A stretch of 64,000 nucleotides of DNA from Tubulanus polymorphus (taxonomy: Eukaryota; Animalia; Nemertea): assembly GCF_964204645.1 (NCBI RefSeq), contig NC_134025.1, forward strand, positions 22,796,299 through 22,860,298, given 5' to 3'. The position numbers and the translations under genes were made by a program. The notes beneath the pieces were generated by a model. It was given only the letters and a program-made list of their open reading frames with translations. It ran no database searches and was not told the DNA's origin. This document shows positions 52,727-64,000 of the stretch, piece by piece (position 1 is the first letter of the stretch; every line of letters starts with the position of its first letter).

Positions 52727-55535
52727 ATTGATAGAGTATTGACGTCCACTCCGGTTGGACAGAAGATATTTTATAAAGGGTGACCGTTTTTCAGGGGGTG
52801 GATATAAAAAAGAGGGGTGGCCGCCCCTCTAAAACCTATTGTGGAGAACAATGGACTGAGCGTATAGTTGGACGCATAATTTTGGCAAATTAAGGTAAAC
52901 AGAGTTTCCGACGAACTAGATCCACTGGCTGCTGTTTGATGAAGCCAACTATCCGCTTCGCGCGCCAGGAAAGTGGAACGTCTTCGGGTTATAATCTGCG
53001 TCGCCAAGCTGGGCATGGCCATTCGAGATAACGAGATCCGTGCACGACAGACCGGCGCTCGCTCGATAAATAGACCCCAGTTTAAATGAATGCTACCATT
53101 ATTTATATTGTGTACGATTTGTACTTCATCTTAAATGATTACTCGGGATCGAACGCTGCTTGAGATATTACATATCGAAAAGCTATCCGCGGAAACACAC
53201 ACATACACAACACGCGCGCACACACGAAGTTAGTTAAGTTGGTATAACACGTAAGTACGGATTTTTGTAATCTCAATCGATTGGCGATTTTTCTTGTAAT
53301 GATACGAATAACTTTTCTTCGGATTGCGGGCTTATTGGCGATCTAAGAAAAAATCAATGCTTCATTTTGAAATCAAGTTCATCGGCGTGGGGTCTAAGCG
53401 TGGCCGAAAGGTGCTTCCGCATTTATCTTCTTGTGGTTTTTTTGTGGTCGCTTTAAAGTAATTATCGTTTAATTGAGTCGAGGTTTCTGTTCGATATAAT
53501 GCGGTTTTCGGTCACTAAACATGAATTGTATGTCGCTGATAGAGCGCGTAGACTCGGCCGCGCCACCACTCGCCGCGATAGGCGGAGTTTTGGGGCCGGT
53601 CTACCCAGCGGCTAAAACATATCCCGATTCATGCTTGTTTTGTGAGCCCTTAACTTTTCTTCCCGTACTTCGGTACCTCACTCTCAAGACAGCAACCATG
53701 CTGGTGGCGACAATATTTGAATAATCACACCGATAAACCTATAATTTTATAATCAGCTTTTAGTTGTTTAAAAAAGTTTCTAATGTTTCAGGGGCCGTTT
53801 TTTTAAATTTGAGACTATAGCTATTAAGATTTCATGGGAGAACTAATACTGTTCTACGAAGATTTTCTAGGTCATTAAATGTCAGATCGCTTGGTTACAA
53901 CATGTTCGTAGTGAACGCTGGTTGCTTAATGGGTAAAACCAAGAGTCGCCACTGCACTATCACATATCAACGTTGGTATATCTGTATATCCTCGCACGGC
54001 AAAAATAAACTGTGATGAAAAATATCATTACAATGACAAATAAATTTAGATAATAGTTTGTATGTGATACATTCGAAAATAATGTATAGAATGTGACATA
54101 AATTGCAGTGTACAAAAATGTAATGCAGTTTTGAAATTTCAATAAAAAGGAATTTCAAAAATATGTACCACTCATATGTACAGAGAAAGTACTTTGATTC
54201 TTTTAAATTTATCGTTGACCGTTCCGTATGGCTATTTGTGGTGTGGGGGAAAAACATTTATTGCATTAGTGCCTCCGAGTATCTAGGTAACGCATCTGAA
54301 AAATTACTGCTCCTATTGCTTTTAAAAATGTTCTTTAATTTTTTTCATATATATTTTTTTAAACTTAACGACGTGTTTTTAAAGGTTAAAACGTTTTAAC
54401 AGTATTACTAATATCTTAGATAACCTTACGGTTTACTAACATTCTCGTTTCGGAGAACTCTGCCGCACCGATGTGCGAAAAATTAGCAACTCATTTCTCG
54501 GTTCATTAAAAACCCGGGAGACTCCTTGTCGGAGCCGAGACCTGCGTAAATCTGTATTTAAGAAGCGCGCCGTCGTGGCGGAGTTCTTTTTATCGATGAA
54601 GGAAACTTTCTCTGTGGAAGTTATTTTCTCCATGAGAACGCACGCTCGTCGTAAAACGTATTTATACATGAGCCGAGATCCGTTCCGAATGTCGCCGCCG
54701 CCATAAGATTGTTGCCTTCGTTTTAACGACTTATTTCAAGAATTTTATCGGAAGATCGCAAGTTAAGAAGACTATGCATATAATAAATCATGGCCGCTAT
54801 AGATTGATATAAATCGAGCAATTGCAATTACTAGCTTTTCAACCCGCATTACTATAAAAATAACTCGGAACGGCAGTACATTCAAGCTGAGCCTGAATAA
54901 GGTGCCAGAAACGTTTAAACTATTATGAAGTAGTTAGAGATAGCATCGGGGATGGCATGGTCCCGTGAAAGCTTCGATTTTGAAGAAAGAAAGTCCGACC
55001 ATCTCAAAAGACGTGCAGTTATGTCTTTGGCGCGTCTATATAGCTGGATCTCTGCCAGTTTTTATAGAAGTTCAACGGGAGATCGGAACCGCTTGGCGCC
55101 TACCACATCAAGATCTGTGCGCCGACTTGCCGAATAGATTTATCATTATGGTTAAATGCATTTGAACCAAAGCGATGGGCGACAAGATCGTTAAGCAGAA
55201 TCCAGGTGGGCTACCGGTGATTCTTCATTAAGTTATTGGTATAGCTAATGCGGCAAATATGTATCATTCAGCGGCGATTATGCTCAATTAAAATCAATTG
55301 GTTAGCTCTCTTCTGCTCGCTGGAACGCCTGGCGCACGTTGTTCCGCGGTGCATTCCGCGCAGACAGTTCGTCATTTGAGTCATTAAACCAGCCTACCCC
55401 AAACCACCGTGGAGTCTTGGCGCCTCGAAATATGTCTCATATGGTGGAACGAAATAGCAATGTTACCGCATTGTAAGAGAACGCAAGGTGGTTTACACAC
55501 CATTAATCGTCGCTCTTCGCTCTCTATTTTACAGG

Positions 55536-56105
55536 ATGACTTCAATAGGCGTGTTAATGTGCGGTTTCTTTTTCGGACTTTTATTGCTCGTACTGACAGA
55601 ATCGACGGACATCGGTCGGCGACACCGACGCAAACGCGGCGGTGAGAAGAGGAACGTCATCGAATTGCCGCCGAGTTTACGCGAGAAGATCAAGAACAAT
55701 CCGCTGAAAGAGCAGCCGAATTTGAGCACGAAAACGACCAGTTTGATCGACGACGTGATACAAGGCAGCCGAAACGCCCGTGTTGTCACGAAAAAGAGCT
55801 ACTTGAAACGAGAATGGTGCAAAACCGAGCCTTTGAAACAGGTTATCCGAGAAGAGGGCTGCCTGAGGAGCACGATTATGAATCGCTTCTGCTACGGACA
55901 ATGCAACTCGTTTTTCATTCCGCGCAGCAACAAAAACGATACGCTGGACCCGGAAGCGGCGTTTACGTCGTGCGCATTTTGCAAACCGAAGAAATATTCG
56001 TACATCATCGTCACGTTGAGATGTCCGAACAGTAAACCGAAATACAAACGACGTCGCGTAAAACGAGTTAAACAGTGCAAATGTATGGCTCAGATGTTAA
56101 ACTGA
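55536..56105 (+). CDS. GREM: Gremlin (DAN/CAN-family cystine-knot BMP antagonist), 189 aa, single coding exon
   Basis: Signal peptide MTSIGVLMCGFFFGLLLLVLTES. YLKREWCKTEPLKQVIREEGC...NRFCYGQCNSFFIPR...CAFCKPKK...VTLRCP...RVKQCKC closely matches vertebrate GREM1/2. A strong acceptor (tctctctattttacag|G) precedes the ATG. Confidence 0.96.
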   Translation: MTSIGVLMCGFFFGLLLLVLTESTDIGRRHRRKRGGEKRNVIELPPSLREKIKNNPLKEQPNLSTKTTSLIDDVIQGSRNARVVTKKSYLKREWCKTEPLKQVIREEGCLRSTIMNRFCYGQCNSFFIPRSNKNDTLDPEAAFTSCAFCKPKKYSYIIVTLRCPNSKPKYKRRRVKRVKQCKCMAQMLN

Positions 56106-56714
56106 CTGAATAAGCGATAAAAAATGTATTTTTAATCGTCTATAGTTTTGTACAACCCCGTCCAAGTTCGCCAAACTGAAAGAACTCGATCGGTAAACAC
56201 GTGGGATATTGTGCATTATGAGCGTTATGCGTATGAGAACTCTGTGATAATTTTTGTTTTCCAGACTAAGATCGTACAATTTCGATTGGCTTTATTCGCT
56301 ATATTCGCAGAAAGAAACTGTCGAAGACTAATTTTGCGCGCTCTGTGTATATTTTTCCGGCTTCATGATTTATTTTACAACGATGTAAGTAAATACATAA
56401 CCGCGCGGTATATTAATTGGTTTTGCGTGTTTTTGCGTCGCACGACCGTGAAAATATGAAAAAAAAACACGATAATATTGCACGTTCTAAATTTGGCTAA
56501 AACAGTTTACATATCGGCGGCAAAGCGCTATAGCAAGTCTGGCTGACGCCATGTCTACGGTTCATTACTTCAGGTAATCGGTCGTGCCGCCACACAGGTA
56601 TATAGACTATCAATAGGTGCACTCTCTCTCTCTCTCTTACAAGCGAAAGTACACACCTATTGGCCATGAGTTTCAATATCACGCTCTACTCGTGCTCGTC
56701 ATAGGTTACGAATT

Positions 56715-56898
56715 CAGGGGCAGTTCTAAGAAAATTTGAAGACAGGGATCTATAAGAAATGACTGTAATCTGTAATTTCTGAGATGATGAGTGTCAATTT
56801 TACAGGTTTTAACTTTATTTCGGTTGGTCTTGATGAAAAGGGCAACCTCAATAGGAAGGCAGGGGTGACCCCGAGACCACCTTCTACATCCGCCTCTG
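56715..56898. mobile_element. Degenerate MITE with CAGGGG-type ends
   Basis: aattcaggggcagttctaag and ctacatccgcctctgaatt are near-inverted ends. No clear 8-bp TSD. Confidence 0.4.
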
Positions 56899-57969
56899 AA
56901 TTATGTAAGAAAATGAGAATCGATATTAATTGTATAAATCCTTGTACGTATAGCGACGTCTCTCTCCTCGAATATGTATTTGATTTGATCGTTACTGAAG
57001 ATCACTGTAATTTAAAAACGATAGAATCATTATTTATAACTTGTGTAAAATATTCATTGAATTGTGAAAATATATTCATGCATTTTTCTTTGCGCTAAAG
57101 TTTTGATAATGTTCAACAATTAGCTATCCTTGCGATATATTTTAGTGCCGCATATTCGTAGAATAGGCCTATCGTAAATTTGACGGTAAAAGGCCTGTGC
57201 GTGTTAAATCTAGTGTTCAACGACCGCACCATCGGGCTACTTTTTTCAAATCAACGGCAAGAAACGTGTTATTATCTTCATCAATGTTGAATGGGTTGTC
57301 TGCGATAGAAATTATAGTCTTTGGCGCCAATGGCTATAAACAATAAACGATCAGATGCCGATACCATTTCGGAAAATATTCCTGCGTGAAAATCCATCTA
57401 TATATAGTTTTTGGCCTGAATTTTATTGATTTTAACAAAATTCAATTTTTGCGAAAGCATGTATTTAGAACACGGAAAGTCGATAAGTGTTAAAAGATAA
57501 ATTCTTTCTTGTACAGACAAATAACTTATTGACTTATTTGTAGAAAAATTAAATTCTGTGGGCTTGTACAATAATAACATTTAATGCTTTGAATATATAT
57601 ATATATATCCGACGTGTTGTAAATTTCACAGTGGTGTATATGTATGTAAATTATGTAAATTAAAGATGAAAAGACGCTCAAGTGTCTTTGATGATGTTCG
57701 CACTTGAATAACTCGACTGTGTTCTCTATTTGACTCGTATGCATTCTACCGCCACCGGAGTCTCCCCGAGCTGTTTGTAGAAATTATATTGGAGTTATGA
57801 GATAAGATAGGACACCGGAGCACCACGGCATTCCTTCTACATATTTGGACGCGCGGACACACAGAAGTTCGATATCGGAAATGACTTGCAGCAGCGGGTC
57901 GCCTCCGATGTAACAGTTCGTCTTTTCCCCGAATATTGGTGTAATCCTCATTTCCTCATTTCGATGATA

Positions 57970-58158
57970 CAGTGAAACCTCGTTTTAACGACCTCGAATA
58001 CAATGATAAATTTGTTTTAAAAAACATAGAATTTCGTTTTTCAAAAAGACAATCTTAACAATTTCAAATATATTACGAATTATACCCATCAGTTAAAACG
58101 AACATGATCATGATATCCTCTGGTCCTGATGTTCGTTGTAACGAGGTTCCACTCACTG
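57970..58158. mobile_element. Tc1/mariner (pogo/Tigger-like) MITE
   Basis: ta|cagtgaaacctcgttttaacga ... tcgttgtaacgaggttccact(cact)g|ta: inverted repeats with a TA target duplication. Confidence 0.75.
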
Positions 58159-61100
58159 TATTCATAGCGAATATGTTCTCCATAATTCGATGGGCGTCGG
58201 ATATAAAATGTCAACACGAATCCGACATACACGGCAACCCTGCCCTTCCGAAGTCTGCCCGAAGGTGTTGGTAGCACACGTCTGCTAGGTCGCTACAATG
58301 CTACCCGAGAAAGTATTGTGTAAAAGGAGACACTAAAATAGGTAAAATATAACTGCAACCGGATTACAACAAACCAAAGAAGTAGTCAACGACACGACAG
58401 ATCTTTGAGAAACTTTCCATATATTTTTTTTTCAATGAGCAATGGTCTAAATAACACTTTCATGTAAAAACGCTACGATAAGAGAACCATACATGTATAT
58501 ATATAAACGTTTCTTCGATAAATGAATCCACACGCTCCTCTGCTCGGCATAATTCTTATAAAAAAAAGAACTGATAATCGAATTGATAATAACAATATCA
58601 ATCTTGCAAGGAGACTGAGACTAAAGAGAAAGTTTGGTGGAAGATACTAATCGTTTGCATATCATTATATAATAGGATTTTAACACTAATTATAAATCAC
58701 ATATCAATATTTCAATAATAATAATAATTATAATTGTAATAATTAACATAATAAATAATGATCATCGATATCGAAAATGATTAATCAATACGCTCATCAT
58801 AACTTAAATATCTCAAAGAACATAGTACACATCTCGCCGTGAAAAAACTCCCGAAACAACTATATACATATATATAACATATATAAATAAACCCATTCGT
58901 CAACAAACAACGAAATAAATATCTAAAGGTCGGCGTAATTATTTTTTTTTCGTTTACTAGAGATTCTTGAATGCAACTTCGACCGAAGCTTTCGCGAGTT
59001 TTTCAGGCTGTAAGCAACGTCGAAACGCTAACAAATAAACGATTCATCGTCACGATCATCTCGAAAACAATATAATATAATGTATAAGTGTAGATATATA
59101 GGGGTGTATGTATACGTCTTTAGTGTGGATATAAATATAAAGATGGGATAAACGTCATTGAAGTATATATTGTATGAAAAAAATTGCACTTTCCACGATT
59201 GATCTAATTTTGCGTGGAGACATTTCAAGGAAAAAAATCTACTTTGTTCTGGTTGGCTCCGATGAAAATTTCGAGTATTTTTTGTTCATATATTTATCAT
59301 ACTGTAGCTGAATAGCGACAACCCAAATGAACACATCTGCCATCTATAGTAGAAGAAGGGTACTCGACATAATCTTTTGGTGGTTTATCGTTGATATGGA
59401 TAAATAAATGCGTTTATTTTAGCAGGTTCATTCTAGCTAAAATGCAACTGAGCAAGTACAATTAATACGATAGAACTTGAACTTGCCGAACCTGAATATC
59501 ATCATGTACCACAAAACCGTAAATCGAGGCGAGACACTGAATATCATAGATGAATAAGAAAATGTTCGCAGATCCAATACAGGCACTGGATTCGACACAG
59601 GGTTACTGTTGGAACAAAACATGTTACAAAACATGGAAAATGTCAAGTATCGATTTTCAGTATCGACTTGAATACGGTTACCGTTCAAAGTATATATACT
59701 GAAGAAAATGTACAACTGTACTTCCAAATTTAGAACTTCATCGCAAAACAACTCGTACACCTCAAAAATCATTTCCAATGCCCCAATGTTGGAATGTTTG
59801 ATATGAACTCATCGTTACATTTCAGTGTGAAAAAATGGCGTTTTGGATGATAGGTTGCGAGGCTTCATAGCGCTAAATTAGGCTCTCAATAGAATATACG
59901 AATACTTAATAATACCACTATCCATAAAATAAAAAATCTTAAATGCTTTCAAGTTGCTGCTGCTCATGAATAGAAATATAATAAATCTACTATTAAACTC
60001 AACTAAATTTACTCTGATAAAATTTCCAGTAATGCCGTAACATACATATATATATAAAGAAGCATCATTCAAATATATTGGCAGTATGATTGTAAATACA
60101 TAAAATTCTTGTCCATCCTATACTGTAAAGTATTTTGTGGTGAAATGTCTATGCGAACTTCATCGTACAGTAGACTCTCCCCCTAACTCAAATCAATTTG
60201 GACCATTATTGCCATGGCTCTAAGATTTGTGTTACGGATAAGTGATGATTTGACTTAAAAAGATTTGGAATAAAGAAGAGTTTATAGCGCAGTAGTCGCT
60301 ACCTTATTCAGTAGCGCTACAACCTGTCAGTAGATTTTATGCCAGAAGTTCAGGAGGGAATTTGAAATGGTTTTCCCAGTTAACGAGTAAGGCAAGTCTG
60401 CTGTCAATGATAGTTAAGTATATACGAAATGAAAATATGATTGGAAATTGATATCAACAACTCCCGACTTTCATGCGGTAGAAACATAACATCTGCCAAT
60501 CAATACATTCTGGGCCCAGTTCAATACTCTTCATTAGATTTGAAGTCGAAATTAGTTCAGTTTCATAACTCTCAATCCTGACACAGAGCTCGGACTCATC
60601 GGGTTCAATAAATATCACATAAATATGGTCGTCATAAAATCGAACACAATATTGATGGAAATGATGAAATTGATGGATACCTAGATGATAATGGCATGAT
60701 TATCACTGGAAAGAATCGTAACCAGTCTTCAAAGACAAAAAGAGAGAGACATCAGGTACGGATAGAATCGATGTACACTCATGCGTTAGATATATACATT
60801 AGAAATCATACCTCTTACATTGACATTCATCGCGATATAACAGTATAGAAGATGAAATAAAATATCGAGAAACTCTGATTCCAGACAAACTCTGTGCGAT
60901 TTCGAAACATCGACGACGTAGATGTTCTTTTTACACAAATGCAGATATTTTATTCGCCGCGTTCGAAAAGTTTGGATCGCAATCCAATTCTACTGGCGCA
61001 AGATGCATTTCAATATTTAACCGGTTGAACCAAGTGCGGCATAACATTCCCACATGACTTAACTATGCAGTACAGCCCACGTACCAACAGCAGAACATAT

Positions 61101-61886
61101 TCAAATCACAGCAAATGGCGATTTTCAGTTACTACTTTACCTCCATCTGACCACCGGTATCTACCAGTCGCTCTTAAGCCCAGCGCATGTGGCATGGGGA
61201 AATATGGATTGAGAACTATTCTTGGTTTTGGTATTTCTGTATTTCCGTGATGCTTAAGGCAAACGACGCATCGACTCTCGCACACGGAACTAGATAAACA
61301 GTCTGAAAACAACTGCCAGCGAGTGTCATTCGAAAGTGTAAACAAAGTTCATTCAATTGACTTACTAGTACCAGTAACAACGAATGAATTATCATTTCGA
61401 TCATACTACTTCTATATTTCTAATTGGAAATCCGATCAAATCCTGATAACTTCAAATTTCAAGAATGATTCAAAAATCTTTTTAATCGTGATTTCTAGAG
61501 TTCGAAACAAGTTTCAGTTCTCTATTTCCTGCCACGCACGCCGGGCTTAACGAAGCCAAGCGATCAACCTTCTGAGTTGTTAAGTCTACGTTTGATCTGA
61601 AGAGCAAATAAACTTTTTAAGTCATTATTTCCGTTACAATAGACAGCGGGTAGGCTATTCGCGATACCACCCGAAGAGTACGAAAAATTGGCTCTTTGAT
61701 TAAGTGAAACATGAACGAACGATATCTAGGAGGTGGAAAAAACGACGGAGGGAAAAAGCTGGCAAACATCATCACGCTCACAACATGGCGTTCATAATAA
61801 AACCTATAACGGATATAAATATCAATCTACAAGCATTGATCAATTTACAGTATTCACAGTTATTCATTCGAACGATATATCGAGCG

Positions 61887-61989
61887 CTCATACTACGATC
61901 ATCGACGTGCAGGCATTAACTCACTAGGTTTTGAAGAACTCGCACTACGATCATCGACGTGCAGGCATTAAGTCACTAGGTTTCGAAGA
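61887..61989. repeat. 52-bp tandem duplication, probably in the formin 3' UTR
   Basis: actacgatcatcgacgtgcaggcattaa.tcactaggttt.gaagaa occurs at 61892 and 61944. Confidence 0.9.
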
Positions 61990-62570
61990 AGATTCGCGTT
62001 ATCTCACCGACACAAAGATGAAGAAAATGATCTTACACGACTTACGTTTCAATCACTCGCGCGCGCTCACACATGTCAATTTTTCCGATAGATCTCCGGT
62101 TTTAACAGTTACACAGATGGTCGCAAAGAACAAATACATCATCGCGGTAATAAATGAATGACAATATGTCATCTGTAATAACTGTTTTTTATAGTATATC
62201 AATACATCTATATATATGCAGTTAAGAATGATGGAGAACTGTTGTTCGTAGGAGTAATATTATTACGCACGTATTCACACATTTTAACAACTCTTTAATA
62301 ATAAGCAACCTCTCGAGATTGTGTAGTAATGTATTCGATAAAAGCTCTTGTGTCCTTTTTTTCGCGTTATTCTCCAGCAGATATGATCAGTTGATTAACG
62401 GTTTTTTACACGATGACGTCGATATCAGCATCCACACAATGAGCCGGTCGTCTGACGTAAAGATAAAGTGTTTTTATAAAACAACAATCACAGCCTTGAT
62501 TCGTCTATGCATATGTCATTAATATCAGCAACTACACGCATAATTATTGTACCGGTGTCCGAATGCGGCT

Positions 62571-64000
62571 TCATATTTTGCCTTTGCTCGCCAACTTTTC
62601 TTTCTGCGAAAAGAAACAAATACTGATACTATGAAATCTTTGTGATGAATAAACGTTTTTTTGGCAAATGTTTCACGTTTCAATCAATTTCAATGCATCT
62701 CTTTGCATTTTTACTATGGTTTAACTTCGAATTGTGCAATCAAATACAAAATCACATTCAGTAAATATCCAATTTCACGATAAAGATATCGACAGCCTGG
62801 ACTAAGTTCCACAGTTTAAATTTGAATGGACACAAATTAGTTCTTTTGATTAGTCAACTCTAGGGTCGAATCTTATCTCAACTGTGGAACTGGATCTTGA
62901 ACTTTGGTAGTAAGACTGCTAAAATATGAAAGCAGGTGATAGATATCAGATCTGAAGAATTCGGTCTCTTACCAGGCCACCAGACGTTTTAGTTTTAACG
63001 TTAGTGATCGACGCTTTTCGTTCTTCTCGTATTTGCTGAGCTTTCTTTTGGCTAGCTTTCAATCTGTCAAAATGAGATATGACATAGGTGATAATTACAC
63101 ACAGAATGTACATGAACATATGAACAAGAAAACTCAAGGTCCAGGGGCACCATGACCACTTGGTGAAATGCTTGACAATCATTCACCCCCTGGTGAACAT
63201 ATACCGATATCAATGACCTTGAAACGTGTAACAACCATAGAACATGTCATGCGCTGCAACTTAACAATTGATTGTCGTTTTAAGATACGCAGGCTGAAAT
63301 TAGTAGATTAGTAGGCTGAAAATGGCTCATCAATGTTAATATTTTTCTTACTTTTCTCTCATCACTTTGGCTTGTTGCATCTTCCACTTATCCTTGAAGT
63401 CAGTGCTAAACAATATCCAAAATCCGAAGAACTCCTGCGGCACCATATCAGGCTTACAACTGAAGTACGCCAATATTTGCTCGAACCTAGCAACAACAAA
63501 AAATATCAGAGTAGATGAATATACCCGGTATATCAAATATTCACAGGACACAAAAAAGAATGAAAGCTTACTTTTTCAGGGACTCCTGCAAACTGTCTTC
63601 TTGATCTTTGAGACTCTGCTTAGCTGAAATTAAATGAAATCAGATCAATCTCCTATTTATGAATCTATATCTTAGGTTCATTGATTATAAGATGAATACA
63701 GTATTAATAATGACATATTATATATAGAGTGATCTTATAGTATCCTTATTAGCCTATCTATCTCTAACCATGCTGGGTCACCTCTCATCCAAAGTAAAGT
63801 GATATCTGAGCTACTACTAGCACTTACTTCGAGGGTTAGTTTCCAGTTCCACAGTTAATCATTAGTGTTCAAATTGGTTCTTTTACAACTTCAATTTAGA
63901 GTCACTGTGGAACTGTGTCCTGGAGTCATTCATCATGCCTTTTACCAAACATGATCACTAAAGCTGTCTATTTCAACATACCTTGTTCTAGGAAGAGTGT
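62571..64000 (-). CDS. FMN: FMN/Cappuccino-type formin, C-terminal FH2 end and tail; exons 63982-64000 (partial), 63572-63623, 63352-63486, 62973-63063, 62571-62603
   Basis: Spliced translation is TLFLEQ-AKQSLKDQEDSLQESLK-KFEQILAYFSCKPDMVPQEFFGFWILFSTDFKDKWKMQQAKVMRE-KLKASQKKAQQIREERKASITNVKTKTSGGL-KEKLASKGKI*. The FF..W..F..DFK..WK FH2 end and short basic tail are typical of FMN1/FMN2/Capu. All phases are consistent. Confidence 0.9.
62799..62896. mobile_element. About 100-bp MITE in a formin intron
   Basis: Inverted ends agttccacagtt (62805) and aactgtggaact (62880). A sister copy lies at 63841-63920. Confidence 0.6.
63841..63920. mobile_element. About 80-bp MITE in a formin intron, same family as 62799-62896
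   Basis: Inverted ends cagttccacagt and actgtggaactg. The internal caaatt.gttcttt is shared with the 62799 copy. Confidence 0.6.

Noticed and set aside
55488-55535. GTG start of the 205-aa Gremlin ORF
   Set aside because: This is the intron's polypyrimidine tract. The ATG at 55536 begins a proper signal peptide.
48880-57335. GGCGCC sites near Gremlin as BMP-responsive elements
   Set aside because: None of those I inspected has the canonical GRCGNC-N5-GTCT spacing, so they are not supportable without ChIP or conservation data.

Overview
Eukaryotic genomic DNA, most likely from an invertebrate animal (GT-AG introns, AT-rich). Most of the supplied ORFs are exon fragments or noise. (1) From about 343 to 38531 on the minus strand lies a multi-exon spectraplakin gene (MACF1/dystonin/short stop/VAB-10 family). 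It encodes a divergent plakin domain with SH3, a giant 5.7-kb exon with plakin/plectin repeats, a spectrin-repeat rod, an EF-hand pair and a GAR (GAS2) domain, and it runs off the left edge. No calponin-homology actin-binding exons could be found upstream. (2) About 38.6-55.5 kb has no protein-coding gene I could identify. It holds a tandem duplication with two tRNA-Asn(GTT) genes and a tRNA-Asn pseudogene. (3) 55536-56105 (+) is a single coding exon for the BMP antagonist Gremlin. (4) 62571-64000 (-) holds the last exons of an FMN/Cappuccino-type formin, convergent with Gremlin as in vertebrate GREM1-FMN1 and GREM2-FMN2. Several non-autonomous DNA transposons are present. The clearest are a 1.35-kb foldback element with TAC..GTA ends and a 6-bp TSD (IS3EU-like), and a 34-bp element made only of inverted repeats. 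All exon coordinates were derived by hand and need RNA-seq confirmation.
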